A stretch of 60,876 bases of DNA, the filler included, from Dirinaria sp. TL-2023a (lineage: Eukaryota): assembly GCA_051941275.1 (NCBI GenBank). It is 12 parts of 12 records of this genome, joined end to end, with 100 filler letters (N's around TTAATTAATTAA, not from the genome) between each part and the next. Parts side by side here need not be neighbours in the genome. Positions count along the whole stretch, not along the records: positions 1 to 5,010 come from JAVEBF010001737.1; positions 5,111 to 10,116 come from JAVEBF010001738.1; positions 10,217 to 15,219 come from JAVEBF010001739.1; 9 more parts are not named here. One strand, 5' to 3'. Made by a program: the position numbers and the translations under genes. Below are positions 1 to 11,427 of the stretch, piece after piece (the first letter of the stretch is position 1; each line of letters starts with the position of its first letter). The notes below the pieces were generated by a model. The model did not search any database and was not told where the DNA came from. It was given only the letters and a program-made list of their open reading frames with translations.

Positions 1-235
1 GCATAATGGCGATGACAGTGTGGCCCGCGTCGATGAGACTCTCCACGTACCCACGAACAAGCGCTGTGTCGGTGGCGAGGTCGGTGTTGGGAGGTCTAGC
101 ACCGTTCATCGAGGGAAGGGGAGGCACGTGGACTTCATACCCTTCATCCTTCAGAGAGCTTGTGAATTTCGAGTATGTGCCAGGTGTGTGCCAGGCTCCG
201 TGCACGAGGACAATTACGGGCTTGCTTGCGGCCAT
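1..235 (-). CDS. Alpha/beta hydrolase (Abhydrolase_6-like), 5' part only, running off the window start
   Basis: ATG at 235 opens MAASKPVIVLVHGAWHTPGTYSKF...GYEVHVPPLPS...DLATDTALVRGYVESLIDAGHTVIAIM, open to base 1. The HGAW oxyanion motif is present and the sequence ends just before the expected HSxGG nucleophile elbow. Absent from the ORF track because there is no stop codon. Confidence 0.85.
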   Translation of the reverse strand, partial: MAASKPVIVLVHGAWHTPGTYSKFTSSLKDEGYEVHVPPLPSMNGARPPNTDLATDTALVRGYVESLIDAGHTVIAIM

Positions 236-2207
236 GATCGATATAATGGCGGGTGTTCGATAGTCAAAACGGGTGCAATTAGTAGAAGGATAGGAGATAG
301 AGGCACTTATTTAATGTCTCATCGTCGACAAGGCGGCATAGTTGATAGAATATGAGGGTGAGCGTATCGATAAGCGTGGTGTATGCCGACAGACTGATCT
401 CCTAAAGGGATTCAGCGTCATCCTTGTCGTCGGTCCAATCTTTGATACAATATTCTCAAGTTGCTGCCTACCTTAAGGTGCCGGGACAGCTCGCTGCTAG
501 CAGGGGATGTGCCTTCGTCTTATCCCTTCTAAGCCTACCTAAGTGGTTGCCTTAAGCTTACATACAGGCTTCGGCTACGTTCACAACCCCCTCCTCACCT
601 CCTCTCTTCAACCTCACGACCTGTCTCAGATTTGAATGATCGATCGTTCGCTCCATTTTTCAACCACTCAAGAGGCATAGTATCAAAATTATGTTGCTGC
701 TGCTCAAGCAATCATGATGAATGTCAGAATGTGCACTTCTCGCAGAAACTTTGGGAGTGTCTCGGATAAACTTTGAGCCGAGAGCCGAGACACCTTATAA
801 AGTCAACTATAGTTTCATGTTTGTCCCTCGGTCGCATACATCATACTCTTCTTTAAGTTCTACAAGTGTTGAGACAGTGAGTGCTCTGCACAAGAGGAGT
901 ATTGAACGATTGATGATGTAAATATGAGCCAGGTCATGGGGTCGGACGAAGGGGGTTGTTGGTGGAGGGAGGGGGGTGTGTGCCTAACGGGAGCCGATAT
1001 CAATGAATTAAAAATCCATATTCTTGTCGTTTCAAACCTCCACAGAACTGGTGTTTGCGATATGATGGAATAATCTTAGGCGACCAGTGAGGAGGGTTCG
1101 CAGGTTCCGATTAGTATGCCCCTCGGACCATTTTTTCCCCTCCTGACCGGGGTAAGTGGCCCAAATCGGCGAGTCGAATAGCCAACGCCTTGGTTACGGT
1201 ATCTACCTTACCTAGGTTAGGCAGGTGGGGTTCATCTAGTGCATTGGCGATGAAGCTTGTCTGAACGCATATGGGAGTGGACTGTGGCTTGGTGTGGACG
1301 GTATGACCTGATGCGAAATTTGTGCAACCATCCTACCACAGACTTTTATGCACGGGTAGTGCTGATATTCGGATATACCTCGAGCTCATCTAGATCAGGT
1401 TTGTCCAAAGAAGCGCCAAATGTTCCGCAGTACCCCTAAAAAGCACGATGGGAATCTGCGAAACCTTTCCAGTCCTTACACCCCCTACTACACACCTTAT
1501 TCCGCACCCCCTAAAACTTAGGAACTAGGATAAGAGCGTGTGCCGACTCCATCTTTGTGGCAAGGGGGTGCGGATATCGAAGTAGGGGGCGCGGCATACC
1601 GTATGTAGCAAGGGTTTTCGAGGACTGCTGGCTCGCTGGGCCTATGAGCATTTGCGCTGCATGAAGACGCTAACTCTTGGCACCTTGTATTTAATATTTA
1701 TGCTACCTCGTACTTCTCAATTCCACCCCTAGTGCCATCACTGTCTTCAATAAGACGCATAATTTTCTACTCACGCTCGAAGAGTGGCATGATGCTACAA
1801 TGATGGAATTCTGTGAGCAGGCATGAGAACGGACTCTACACGACTACCGTACTTGCTGCAGGGGAAACGACCCGAGATTGGTTGGCGCTGGTGGCTTGAG
1901 ATTCAGACAACATGGGTGGGCTGGTCGTAGGTAATGATAGGTAATGATAGACAGCTGCGGTGTAACAATGAATTTCATCTCAGCTCGATGTGGCTGGCTG
2001 AGCGCTCCCCCAGAGACCACTGGGCAACGATGATCACCAGAATGGACTGCTCTATATTGAGCTGCCTCGTGCTGATACCCAGAAGGCTTGTACGTAATCC
2101 CAATCTCAATTGATGCCTCGCCGCTTTCCTGCAACATTAAAAGCTTTCTACTCGCACCTACCCAATACTTTACTACCTCTATTGGGTTTCATTGTAACAT
2201 GCGCAAC

Positions 2208-4124
2208 ATGGCTCCCCTACGTTTACTTTTCCCGATAGCGGCTCTGTTCTTTGAGATGTCGCACTGCTCTGTTGCTGCCATTTCCGAAATCGGCGCCGCG
2301 GATTGGGCTGCGTTAAATGCTTCAGTCAATGGCAGGCTCTTTACGCTGAGGCCGATGGCTTACCCCTGCTACACCAGCTATAATGGCGTGGCAAAGCCTG
2401 TCGACAAGCAGGCGTGTGCCGAGATCAGCGCCAAGAAGACCAATGTAGAATATCTCGCCGGACAGGCTGGTGGACTTATTGTGTATTGCCTCACAGATCA
2501 GAAGTTCGCGTGGCCGCGTTGTAGCTGACGTAGGTTCGAAATCTGACAGGGGAACTGGGGCGTCTGTCAAGCAACGAATGCAGGCTGCCCGATCTCGCCG
2601 GTTGCTGGGCAGAATGGCGAGATCAAGGGTGACTGTGTCCAGGGAAGCGTGGCAGACTTCTACATCGATGTCCAAGCGGTGTCCCAAGTTGAGGAAGCGC
2701 TCAAATTCGCCAACAAGAACGGTATCCAGGTGGTTGTCAAAAACAGCGGGCACGACTACCTGGGACGAAGCACTGCTCCGCACTCCCTTGCTCTGTGGAT
2801 GCACAACTTACAACCGCCCATCAAGCTTGCCGAGAAATTTGTCCCAGAAGGTTGCAAGGATGCTGTGGGGAAAGTGGTCACCTTCGGCGCCGGGCAGCAG
2901 TGGGGTGGCATCTACAAATTTGCTGATGCCAAAAATGTGACGGTACTGGGCGGCTCGAGTGCGACCGTCGGAGCAGCTGGCGGCTGGATCACTGGAGGCG
3001 GTCACGGCATGCTGTCCCCCGTCTTCGGACTCGGCGTGGATAATGTACAGCAATTCAAAGTCGTTCTGCCCAACGGGACCTCGGTCACGGCGAACCGCTG
3101 CAAGAATCCGGATGTTTTCTTCGCCCTTCGAGGAGGAGGTGGTGGTGGTACCTTTGGCGTAATCACGGAGATGTCTACAACCGCGCATGAACAAGTGACG
3201 CTCCAGGTAATCAAGTCTCCTCGTCAGCTTCTCGTCTTACCCTTCAAGCAATGGTTAACATACGTCTGCCTCTAGTACGCAAAGATCGATCTTCGCAGCC
3301 TGAACAAACCACAATTGCGAGACTTCCTTAAGGTCCTAGCCGCCAACTCGAATCGCTGGGTGGCCGGCGGCTGGGGGGGAGACTCGTATCCCATCTCTAA
3401 GCGAAGTATCCGGCTCGTCAACCCGCTCCTCAACTCCAACGCGGCCGCTTTATCCTTGAAGCCATTAATCGACTTCGCCAACTCCCTTCCTAAGCAGGGC
3501 AAAGTCACCATGACGACATACCCGTCGTGGTACCAATTCTATGAGGCCAATCTTGCCAGCGACTATGCCAACAGCGGCAATTGGGGTACCATCATGTCGT
3601 CGCGCTTAATCCCCGCTTCTAATTTTGAGGGGACGCAGAACCAGGATCAGCTAGTGGACGCTATTCTTACAGGCGCCGAAACCGATGCTGGCAGCCCCAT
3701 GATTTACCCCATGCTCTGCATGTCCACGCCGGTGCGCACACCCGACGATGGCTCCGCTCTCACGCCCGCGTGGCGTAAGTCCACGTGGCATGTTATGTTC
3801 ATCACGCAATGGGACCCTGCCCAGACCACGGCGGAGAAAATTCGCACCGCCTTCGTCAGTGTGCACAAGGCCATGGACCCTCTGCGCACGCTGACGCCGT
3901 CGACGGGTGTGTACCTCAACGAGGCCGATATACTCGAGGTGGACTCGCCGCCTTTGATCTGGGGGCCCCAAAAATACCAGAGGCTGCTGAAGATCAAGGG
4001 TGAGCTCGACCCGAACAAGGTGCTACAGGTGCGTGGCGGTGTAGGCTCGGATCCAACGGCACGGATATTCGAGTGCTATCCGAAGACGGAAGCGACTCCC
4101 ATGTTCCATGAGCAGCTCAAATAG
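2208..4124 (+). CDS. Secreted FAD-linked oxidoreductase, BBE/VAO (FAD_binding_4 + BBE) family, about 592 aa, 3 exons
   Basis: Exons 2208-2480, 2550-3206, 3276-4124 with GT..AG introns, frame consistent. Signal-peptide-like N-terminus, KNSGHDYLGRS (covalent FAD His), GGWITGGGHG, FALRGGGGG, YLNEAD and WG..Y.RLL.IK...DP. Alternative ATG at 2199. Confidence 0.9.
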
Positions 4125-5010
4125 ACGGCATGGCTGCTGTGCTACGATCTCGGATTACGGGGGGGAGACTTAAAGAGATGACCCGCCGACTAATCATATC
4201 TGCATTGGAAAGAGAAAGTAGTTGGCGCTACCGACCTTGGCAAAAAGACCTGTGAAGTCCGAAAAACATATTCCAATAATCAAAGTCAAAAATACCATTG
4301 CAGCCGATGAGCACTTCCATCGTTCGGATTTTGTAATAGTATAGCATCAGGGCAAAGATTTCGTAATCCGGCGCCTGCAGAATGTAATCCAAATAGATTT
4401 ACTTTTACTTTACAAATCGTGATCTTTACATACACCAAATCTCAATATCTGATATGCCTCCTGTAAAACCGCATACTCAACACCCCCAACAACATTTCCT
4501 AGATAGGTTGACCAAAACGGTCTAGCTTCTAGACTAGGCAACCTTACCTCAACACCACTAAGGGTAAATAGTGCCCACAAATGCTTTTCCATAGACTTGA
4601 GACAATACATGCTACATACACATACATAGGTGCCATTGACTCGTTGGCCTACAAAATCTGACACCTCCTCCCCTGCGTGTAATTGCAGCTCGATCGCGTT
4701 CCCGCATTTCTATCATTGAATCCCTAATCCATGCAGCTCAAGCGTGACACTGTTCCTCGACTCCCCCGCACGGCGGCGAGTCTGAACTAAATCAATCATA
4801 ACATTATTATCGCGGCTAGATAGAATTTTCCTGTAAGCTCCATCTGCTAACCGTATCCCATCGCCTTCCGAATGTCCTCTATCGATGCTTGTCGCGTCCG
4901 ATGCTCTCAGATATAAATTTCTACGGTTATGTCCTAACGAAATCCTCTTGATTTCAGAGATGGTGAAAAGTATTCTCGATCATCAGTGCGAAAATTGACT
5001 ACTTGCCCCC

Positions 5011-5110
5011 NNNNNNNNNNNNNNNNNNNNNNNNNNNNNNNNNNNNNNNNNNNNTTAATTAATTAANNNNNNNNNNNNNNNNNNNNNNNNNNNNNNNNNN
5101 NNNNNNNNNN
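5011..5110. other. Artificial contig linker N44-TTAATTAATTAA-N44 (first of 11)
   Basis: Identical 100-bp spacers also at 10117-10216, 15220-15319, 20316-20415, 25399-25498, 30479-30578, 35556-35655, 40630-40729, 45697-45796, 50761-50860 and 55820-55919. The 12-mer places a stop codon in all six frames. Confidence 0.98.
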
Positions 5111-5280
5111 ACTAATAGATTATCCGGTATTTCCCTTCATTCTGAATCATGAGTGGGCACAAAATTCGCGCGTCCCATCCACTCAAAAGGCGCAATATTC
5201 TTACGACCGGGAGACTCTGCTTTCTATTCAGTCCAGGTCTGAAGCAGAAAGTAATTCTCTTTCTTTGTTTGATCAATAAG

Positions 5281-6033
5281 ATGGTTCGCGTGGGAGTTCT
5301 GTTGCCATTTCTTAATTTCTTTTCTGTTTTCGTGGCTGCATTGCACATCAAATTGGAAGGATCAAGTCAGCACCTCAATAGCACGGCGCATACCCTAACA
5401 CCACGCAACCTTCTTCCCAACACCGATATGGTCCTCCGACAATGCAATACGCTTACAGTCGTTTTCCCCAGCGCCATCGCCTACAGCGGTTTGGTAGATC
5501 TCTACATGGCAGTCCTCGATTCTGTGGTGAACGACTGGAGTGTGCGTATTCCTCCATCGGACGTACTGTTCATCACGTCTGGCTCGTGGCAGTTACTGTT
5601 CGTTGCCGACACGTTGGGAAAGCCGATACCCTGGGATATAATTCGAGAATTCTGCATTTACATGCTTTCGTGGACTAATCAAGGTTACTTGGGGACCTAT
5701 GATCAAGGTTATTGGAACCAAGCAGGCACATTTGGGGTTTATGCTGGATTGAGACTTGACTGTGCGCTTATTGATGTTGGAATAAGCGGCCAGAAGGCTA
5801 ATTATGTGCAGCATAAATACGAGCATGTTTTTACAGGTCAACAGCTTTTTTTATCTCCTTTTACTGAAGCCGGCCATCAAGCTAAGAACTCAATTCCGAT
5901 AGTACAGCTTTTTCAAAAGTCTTCGAAGCTGAAGTTGTCGCACAATTCGAGCTCAACAATAGAAGAAAAGATACGGGTCTCAACTGAGACGTATCCAGGA
6001 GTGCTAGCTCGCCGCGGGACAGACAAATGCTGA
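5281..6033 (+). CDS. Putative secreted protein of unknown function
   Basis: ATG 5281 begins a hydrophobic signal-like segment MVRVGVLLPFLNFFSVFVAA, then a propeptide ending ..LTPR, then a globular-looking region (IPWDIIREFCIYMLSWTNQGYLGTY). The last ~90 codons look less protein-like. Confidence 0.6.
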   Translation: MVRVGVLLPFLNFFSVFVAALHIKLEGSSQHLNSTAHTLTPRNLLPNTDMVLRQCNTLTVVFPSAIAYSGLVDLYMAVLDSVVNDWSVRIPPSDVLFITSGSWQLLFVADTLGKPIPWDIIREFCIYMLSWTNQGYLGTYDQGYWNQAGTFGVYAGLRLDCALIDVGISGQKANYVQHKYEHVFTGQQLFLSPFTEAGHQAKNSIPIVQLFQKSSKLKLSHNSSSTIEEKIRVSTETYPGVLARRGTDKC

Positions 6034-7862
6034 TCAGCAGATAGCATCATCCCATTTGCACTGCACAGCAACAAGCCATCGATGGTCCGATGGTTCGGCG
6101 ACTCACGAGGAACTTGCAGAAAGGCAAGGCTTGGAGCATGTCAACTGCTAGGTATCTTGAGAAGTGATCTCATGCAGCTCGCTGTGCTGGAATACTTTTC
6201 TTCAGCCGTCGCTACTCTCGGGAGTAGTACTCGTACTTGGATCCGGTCGCAAGAGCCCGAGATGCTGAATTCATCTTCTTGACATCGACCTCTATAACAG
6301 GGCCCAATATACGGAAAAGCTAGACTTAATTAGCTTATCTGATTTCTTCAGCTTCAAGTTAACGTAGACCGGTTCGACCGGCCCACGCTTGAATAGATCA
6401 GCATCATAAGTCGTCATTCTGTACCATCACAGCGTGGTAAGAAAATCGGTAAACGTAGCTATACGACACAAAGGCTCTTCAAGCGAACGTGCTTCTACGA
6501 AACGAGACTATGAAGGCTTTTAAAGAGCCGAAGAGGATAAATAACTAGAGGTACCTTATGTAAAGGCTAGAATCGCAGAGCCCCCCCGACTTCCTGAAAG
6601 GTGAGGAGGATGGGGACTCATTAACAAAGGCACTATCATTAATATTAGCTCTAGGTACCGAAAAGCATCACACGTATGTACACGTGGACTCACGTTGGAG
6701 AATAAGTAGACCATTTTCACCCTGCACCAGCATAAATTACACAGTGTAGGCGGAGGCGACAAGCGATACGCGAGCGCATCGGTGGTGGTTTAACTCGGTA
6801 AGCATTATTATTGCATAGCATATTTGTCAAATCTGTAATGGTTCCCCGACTATCAATGGACTCAGTAGGATTTGACGACATGAACCGATACAACATGATG
6901 CATGTAGGAGAGGAGATAGGAATCAGAATAGAGAAGAGCGAGATCTCTGCATGACACTCAAGTTCATGAAACCGGAAGCGCGAGGCGGCAAAACTTCGGA
7001 CCTCGGGATCTCAACTGCCAAGTCCGGCTTGAAACCCTAACCCCAAACGCTCTTCTGCCTACCTTACCTACCTACATGTAAATACCTAAGGTACCTTAGC
7101 CTAACCGAGTAGGAGGTCCGCGACGAGAGTTTCTGATTGATAGATATTATTATTTCCCACTTCAACATGCGTGACCGTGTCGAGGTGGCAGAACTTTCAC
7201 TTTGTACTAGTAATTGATCTCTTCGCCCTTGTTCGATTACCTCCATCATTATGCCCTTCATGTAGATCAACATTTTATCACAGTCCCAGGAGTACTGAGC
7301 CAGAGGAGGTTCGTACCTTCCCCGGCCGCTATCGTGCTCGCGGGATTTGCCCGCCCGCACGATGGTAAAACCACGAACTCATTTTGCAAGCCTCGGGATC
7401 TTTTCGGCGCGGCTGAGCTGCTTCGAGAGGAAGGCGGTCTGCGGACGGTACATCGGTTAAGAATCAATTTAAATGGAGCTTCCGCTTGCGTCTTACGATT
7501 AATAGCATCAAGGCATCAAGCAAGCTCAGAAGAGGTTATGCTCCGAGGGACCAATTCTTAGGCCGATCATCATCTTAACAACTTATACGGCATTCATTGG
7601 ATGCTCACTATTGTCCAGATTCGGCAGGCGTTGACCTCACTCATCAAATTGTGTGAGGCGAGACGTACCCTGACAACCAAAGATGATAGCTACCGAAGTG
7701 TGTGTGGAGCCGCAGGATCTTGAAGACCGGCAGCGCAGAACAGCACAGTTGAGGCCGATGCTGAAAGTAGAGGACTATCAGTATGATGACGATATATAAA
7801 ATGTTGCATACCCCATCTAGCGATATTTGAAGGAGTCCATAAAATCAGCATTGCATGGAAAT

Positions 7863-9796
7863 ATGAGTTCTCGGCTCAGGGTAGGATTGAGCACCAAATT
7901 CCACGAATATGCGCGCTGACCTGTTGATGGGCTTATATAGGTGCTTACAATCTTTCTGGCTTGTACATTCCGAAGCGTTTACGGTGCTGCTGGATTCAGA
8001 ACCGTCGGTTCTTCAGGATGCGCCTCGCAGATGGTATTTATCCCGCCGAATACCACCACAGCCGTTTTTGTCGACAATTACCACGAAAATTACGGCGGCC
8101 CGGGAGTGAATCTGCAAGACGGGACACCGTCAAAAACATCCTACGTCTACCCAGGCACCAGTATCTCGGTTTTCGGTACAGAATACAACCTTCAATCCAA
8201 CCAATTGCGGCCGGTGAAGCCATCCAGCAACAGCTTCTGCTCGGCTGGCGCTTTCTACCCTGATGGAACTCTTGCCAACGTGGCCGGCGCAGAGCCAGGT
8301 CCTTCCGGTGTCGCGGAAGGCTTCAACAAGATTCGAACGTACGCTCCAGGACCGTGTAGCGGGAACTGTTCGCAGGATTGGATTGAGCTCAGTGTAACTT
8401 TGCAGCATGAGAGATGGTACCCTTCGGTCCAGACGCTTGTGGACGGCAGTGTTCTCATTGTTGGCGGCGCTGATGCTGGCGGGCTCGTGCTGAACGAGGT
8501 CAGTATCAATGTCCCAACTTACGAGATCATCTACCAGGACCAGAGAACGCCGCCAGCACCTGTCAGTCTTCCGATTTTGAACTTCACGGCAGAGCAGAAT
8601 CGTAAGTAGGGGAATCTGACCTCGGCATTTCTTGGACCTGCCTTGGGATAGTCCACTAATTAGTTGCCGCAGTTACTCCTGGCAAATCTTACAATCTGTA
8701 CCCGATGCGTGAGTCCTCCGCTCGCGGCCTGTTATGCACGAAAGCTGACCTTGAAATAGTTTACCTTCTACCCAATTCTGTCGCCACGAACCAGGTTTTC
8801 ACCGTCGCTGGAAACCAGTCCATCATTTGGGATTACACGGCGAATTCCCTCGTCAAGGCTCTTCCAGACACGCCGTTACAACCACGGACCTTCCCTTCAT
8901 CCGCAACTTCCGTCCTCCTCCCGCTTCAAGCACCCGACTACATCCCATCCATCCTTGTATGCGGTGGCTCTTCAGGGGACATACCCAACCCAGTCGCTCT
9001 GGCTGACTGCTACACCATCTCCCCCAACGACCCGTCGCCAACCTGGTCACCCACGGACTCCCTCCCCAACGGGCCCCAAACAATGTCTGACGGCATCCTC
9101 CTCCCGGACGGCACAGTTCTCATCATCAACGGCGCCCGCACGGGTTGCGGCGGGGGCTTCATGGCCGACGACCCCGTCCTCGAGCCCGTGATCTACAACG
9201 CAACTGCCCCGCCCGGACAGCGCTTCACCACCATGCCTGCGAGCACCATCCCACGCCTCTACCACTCCGTCGCCATCCTTCTCCCCAGCGGCGAAGTCCT
9301 CGTCTCCGGCTCCAACCCGGCGGTCTTCTACAGCGCCGACGGGAAAGTCGGTCCCGGCTGGCCGAACTTCGAGAACAACGGGCACGAATGCGCGCTGCAG
9401 CAGCAGCAACGCAACACCTCCGCCTACCCGACCGAGTACCGCGTCGAGATCTTCTCGCCGCCTTACATGGATGCTGCTTCGGCGCGGCCCGTGATTGTCT
9501 CCAGCCCGCGCGATGTAGCTTATAACAACAGTTTCACAGTTCAGGCAACATTAAACGACCAACCAATACAAGGTGAAACAAAGATCGTGCTCAGTAACCC
9601 TGGATTCCACACGCATGGACAAGGAATGGGCCAGAGGATGGCGATGCTGGGATTCGAAGCGCAGCAGAGCGGGGCCGGGGCGTTGGTGGTAAACGCGCCA
9701 AGGGACGCGAGCGTCATGCCGCCTAGCCAATATCTTTTATTTGTGACGGTGGATGGGGTACCGTCTGAAGGGGTTTGGATCGAGGTGGGCCACTGA
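7863..9796 (+). CDS. Copper radical oxidase / glyoxal oxidase (CAZy AA5_1-like), secreted, about 583 aa, 4 exons
   Basis: Exons 7863-7880, 7941-8601, 8673-8708, 8760-9796 (1752 nt, in frame). FCSAG (crosslink Cys), RWYPS, NLYP (crosslink Tyr, on the 36-bp exon), PRLYHS, SGSNP, YPTEYRVE and GFHTHG are all present. Confidence 0.92.
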
Positions 9797-11427
9797 GGCA
9801 AAGCGCCACAGCACTTTACAAAACATTTGGAGTAATGTAATTATTCAGATAAATCTGTCAAATCGAAATGGGCTTTCCCCTTTTTTCCTACAAAGTGTTA
9901 TACCACATCGAACTGTATCTCTCTATTGAATCCAACCCGTCACTTTTAGTAAAGATCAGATACCCACTTAGGAACAGACCTATATCCCGCTAGGCAACCA
10001 AAACCCGCTCATCCACACTTGCCTAATTCCATCCATAGACCTATCTAGACCAGTTCGTCTCGACGATCGCCAAACCGGCCCGTCATCACTCGTTTCTCAA
10101 AACCGCCGGCAATGATNNNNNNNNNNNNNNNNNNNNNNNNNNNNNNNNNNNNNNNNNNNNTTAATTAATTAANNNNNNNNNNNNNNNNNNNNNNNNNNNN
10201 NNNNNNNNNNNNNNNNGGGTGTTCTATTTCTCAAAAAGACTTTACCTTAAACCCATCCCGACCTCCTTCTTTGCGACCGTTTGATCGCTCTCCGTGCTCC
10301 TGTCCTCCTGCTGCTCCGCCTACTTGACTGACCCTCCCATCCACTCGCCCATCATTACCTTGAATTCTTGATTCATGCAGCCAACTTCAGCCGATCCGAG
10401 CCTTTAGAAGGTGCTAATTCGGGCCATCAGCGTGACTATCTTGACCGGGAATTGCAGGGAACCCCCCTTGTGCGGATGCGGCCATCATAGGAGGGGCAGA
10501 CGATTTGAAGCTCGAGCGCAAAACGTTGAGGAAGAAAGCTCTGGACAGTTGGGGAATTACGGATATCTGGCATGCGAAGCGCGACATTATTGCTTTTCAT
10601 CAACCATAATCAGGCAGTTTGAGAGCAACGTTCCCCCCCCGGCTGCTCATCTTATGCTAAGCGCAGTCATGGAATACCACCATCACTTCGCTTAGTCGCA
10701 GCTGGAGGCCGTCGCCGTCCAACAAGATTCTCACAGTCCCAGTACATGACAGCTGAACCCACGAGGCTGAGCGTATCATCTCACTGCAGTCGTTGCCTAC
10801 GCTCAACCCTTGGTTTGACTGTTCGACCGGATCCTCTATAATAAATTTCTCCCATACTCAGGTACTGGGAGTTCCCGTCCTGTCGGAGGTTCGCTGCCCT
10901 GGACTATCGGTAGAACTCATACTCGTACCTAATCCTCTAAATCGGGTAATGTTCTTCTAAAATCGCACTTTCCTTGGCTTTCCATCTCGAAAAGCCCCGA
11001 AGACTGCTTTCACCTCAAAAGTCCCTCGGTTGACCCCAACTGACTCCGGTCTCTTATTAAAAGAAAAGATATTTTTCCCTCGTTTGACTAAGGTGCTGAC
11101 CGGGGTGGGAGATCTGTTGCGGGCGGATCTGGGTTGCATCACCGAAGGTTATCGCTCATCAAAAACGTGCTTTTCCACGTGTGTTGGGGGGACAGTCATC
11201 ATCATCATTATCATCATCATCGATCGTCTGACTACCTTTAAAAAGTTCCACCTTTTATATTCAACCTCACTTCTTTATTTACTTGCGACTTCCCTTCCTT
11301 CCCTCCCTCTCTCGCTGGCTTCGAACAACACCTTCCCTCTACAAATACCCGAAAGCGAGCCGGTGCTTGCTGGTCCTCCTGCAAGCTCGAGCTACGACCT
11401 TAAGACCGCATCCAACTCTCCAGCAAG

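Noticed and set aside
4410..4664. CpG-poor, TAG-rich stretch with an 84-aa minus-strand ORF, possibly a RIP relic
   Set aside because: Too short, with no recognisable TE or protein motif.
5055..5066. TTAATTAATTAA recurring about every 5.1 kb, superficially like a regularly spaced repeat or CRISPR-like array
   Set aside because: Always centred in 88 Ns. It is a synthetic six-frame-stop linker, not biology.
2208..9796. Apparent oxidase cluster (FAD oxidase plus copper radical oxidase)
   Set aside because: The genes lie on different contigs separated by an artificial linker.
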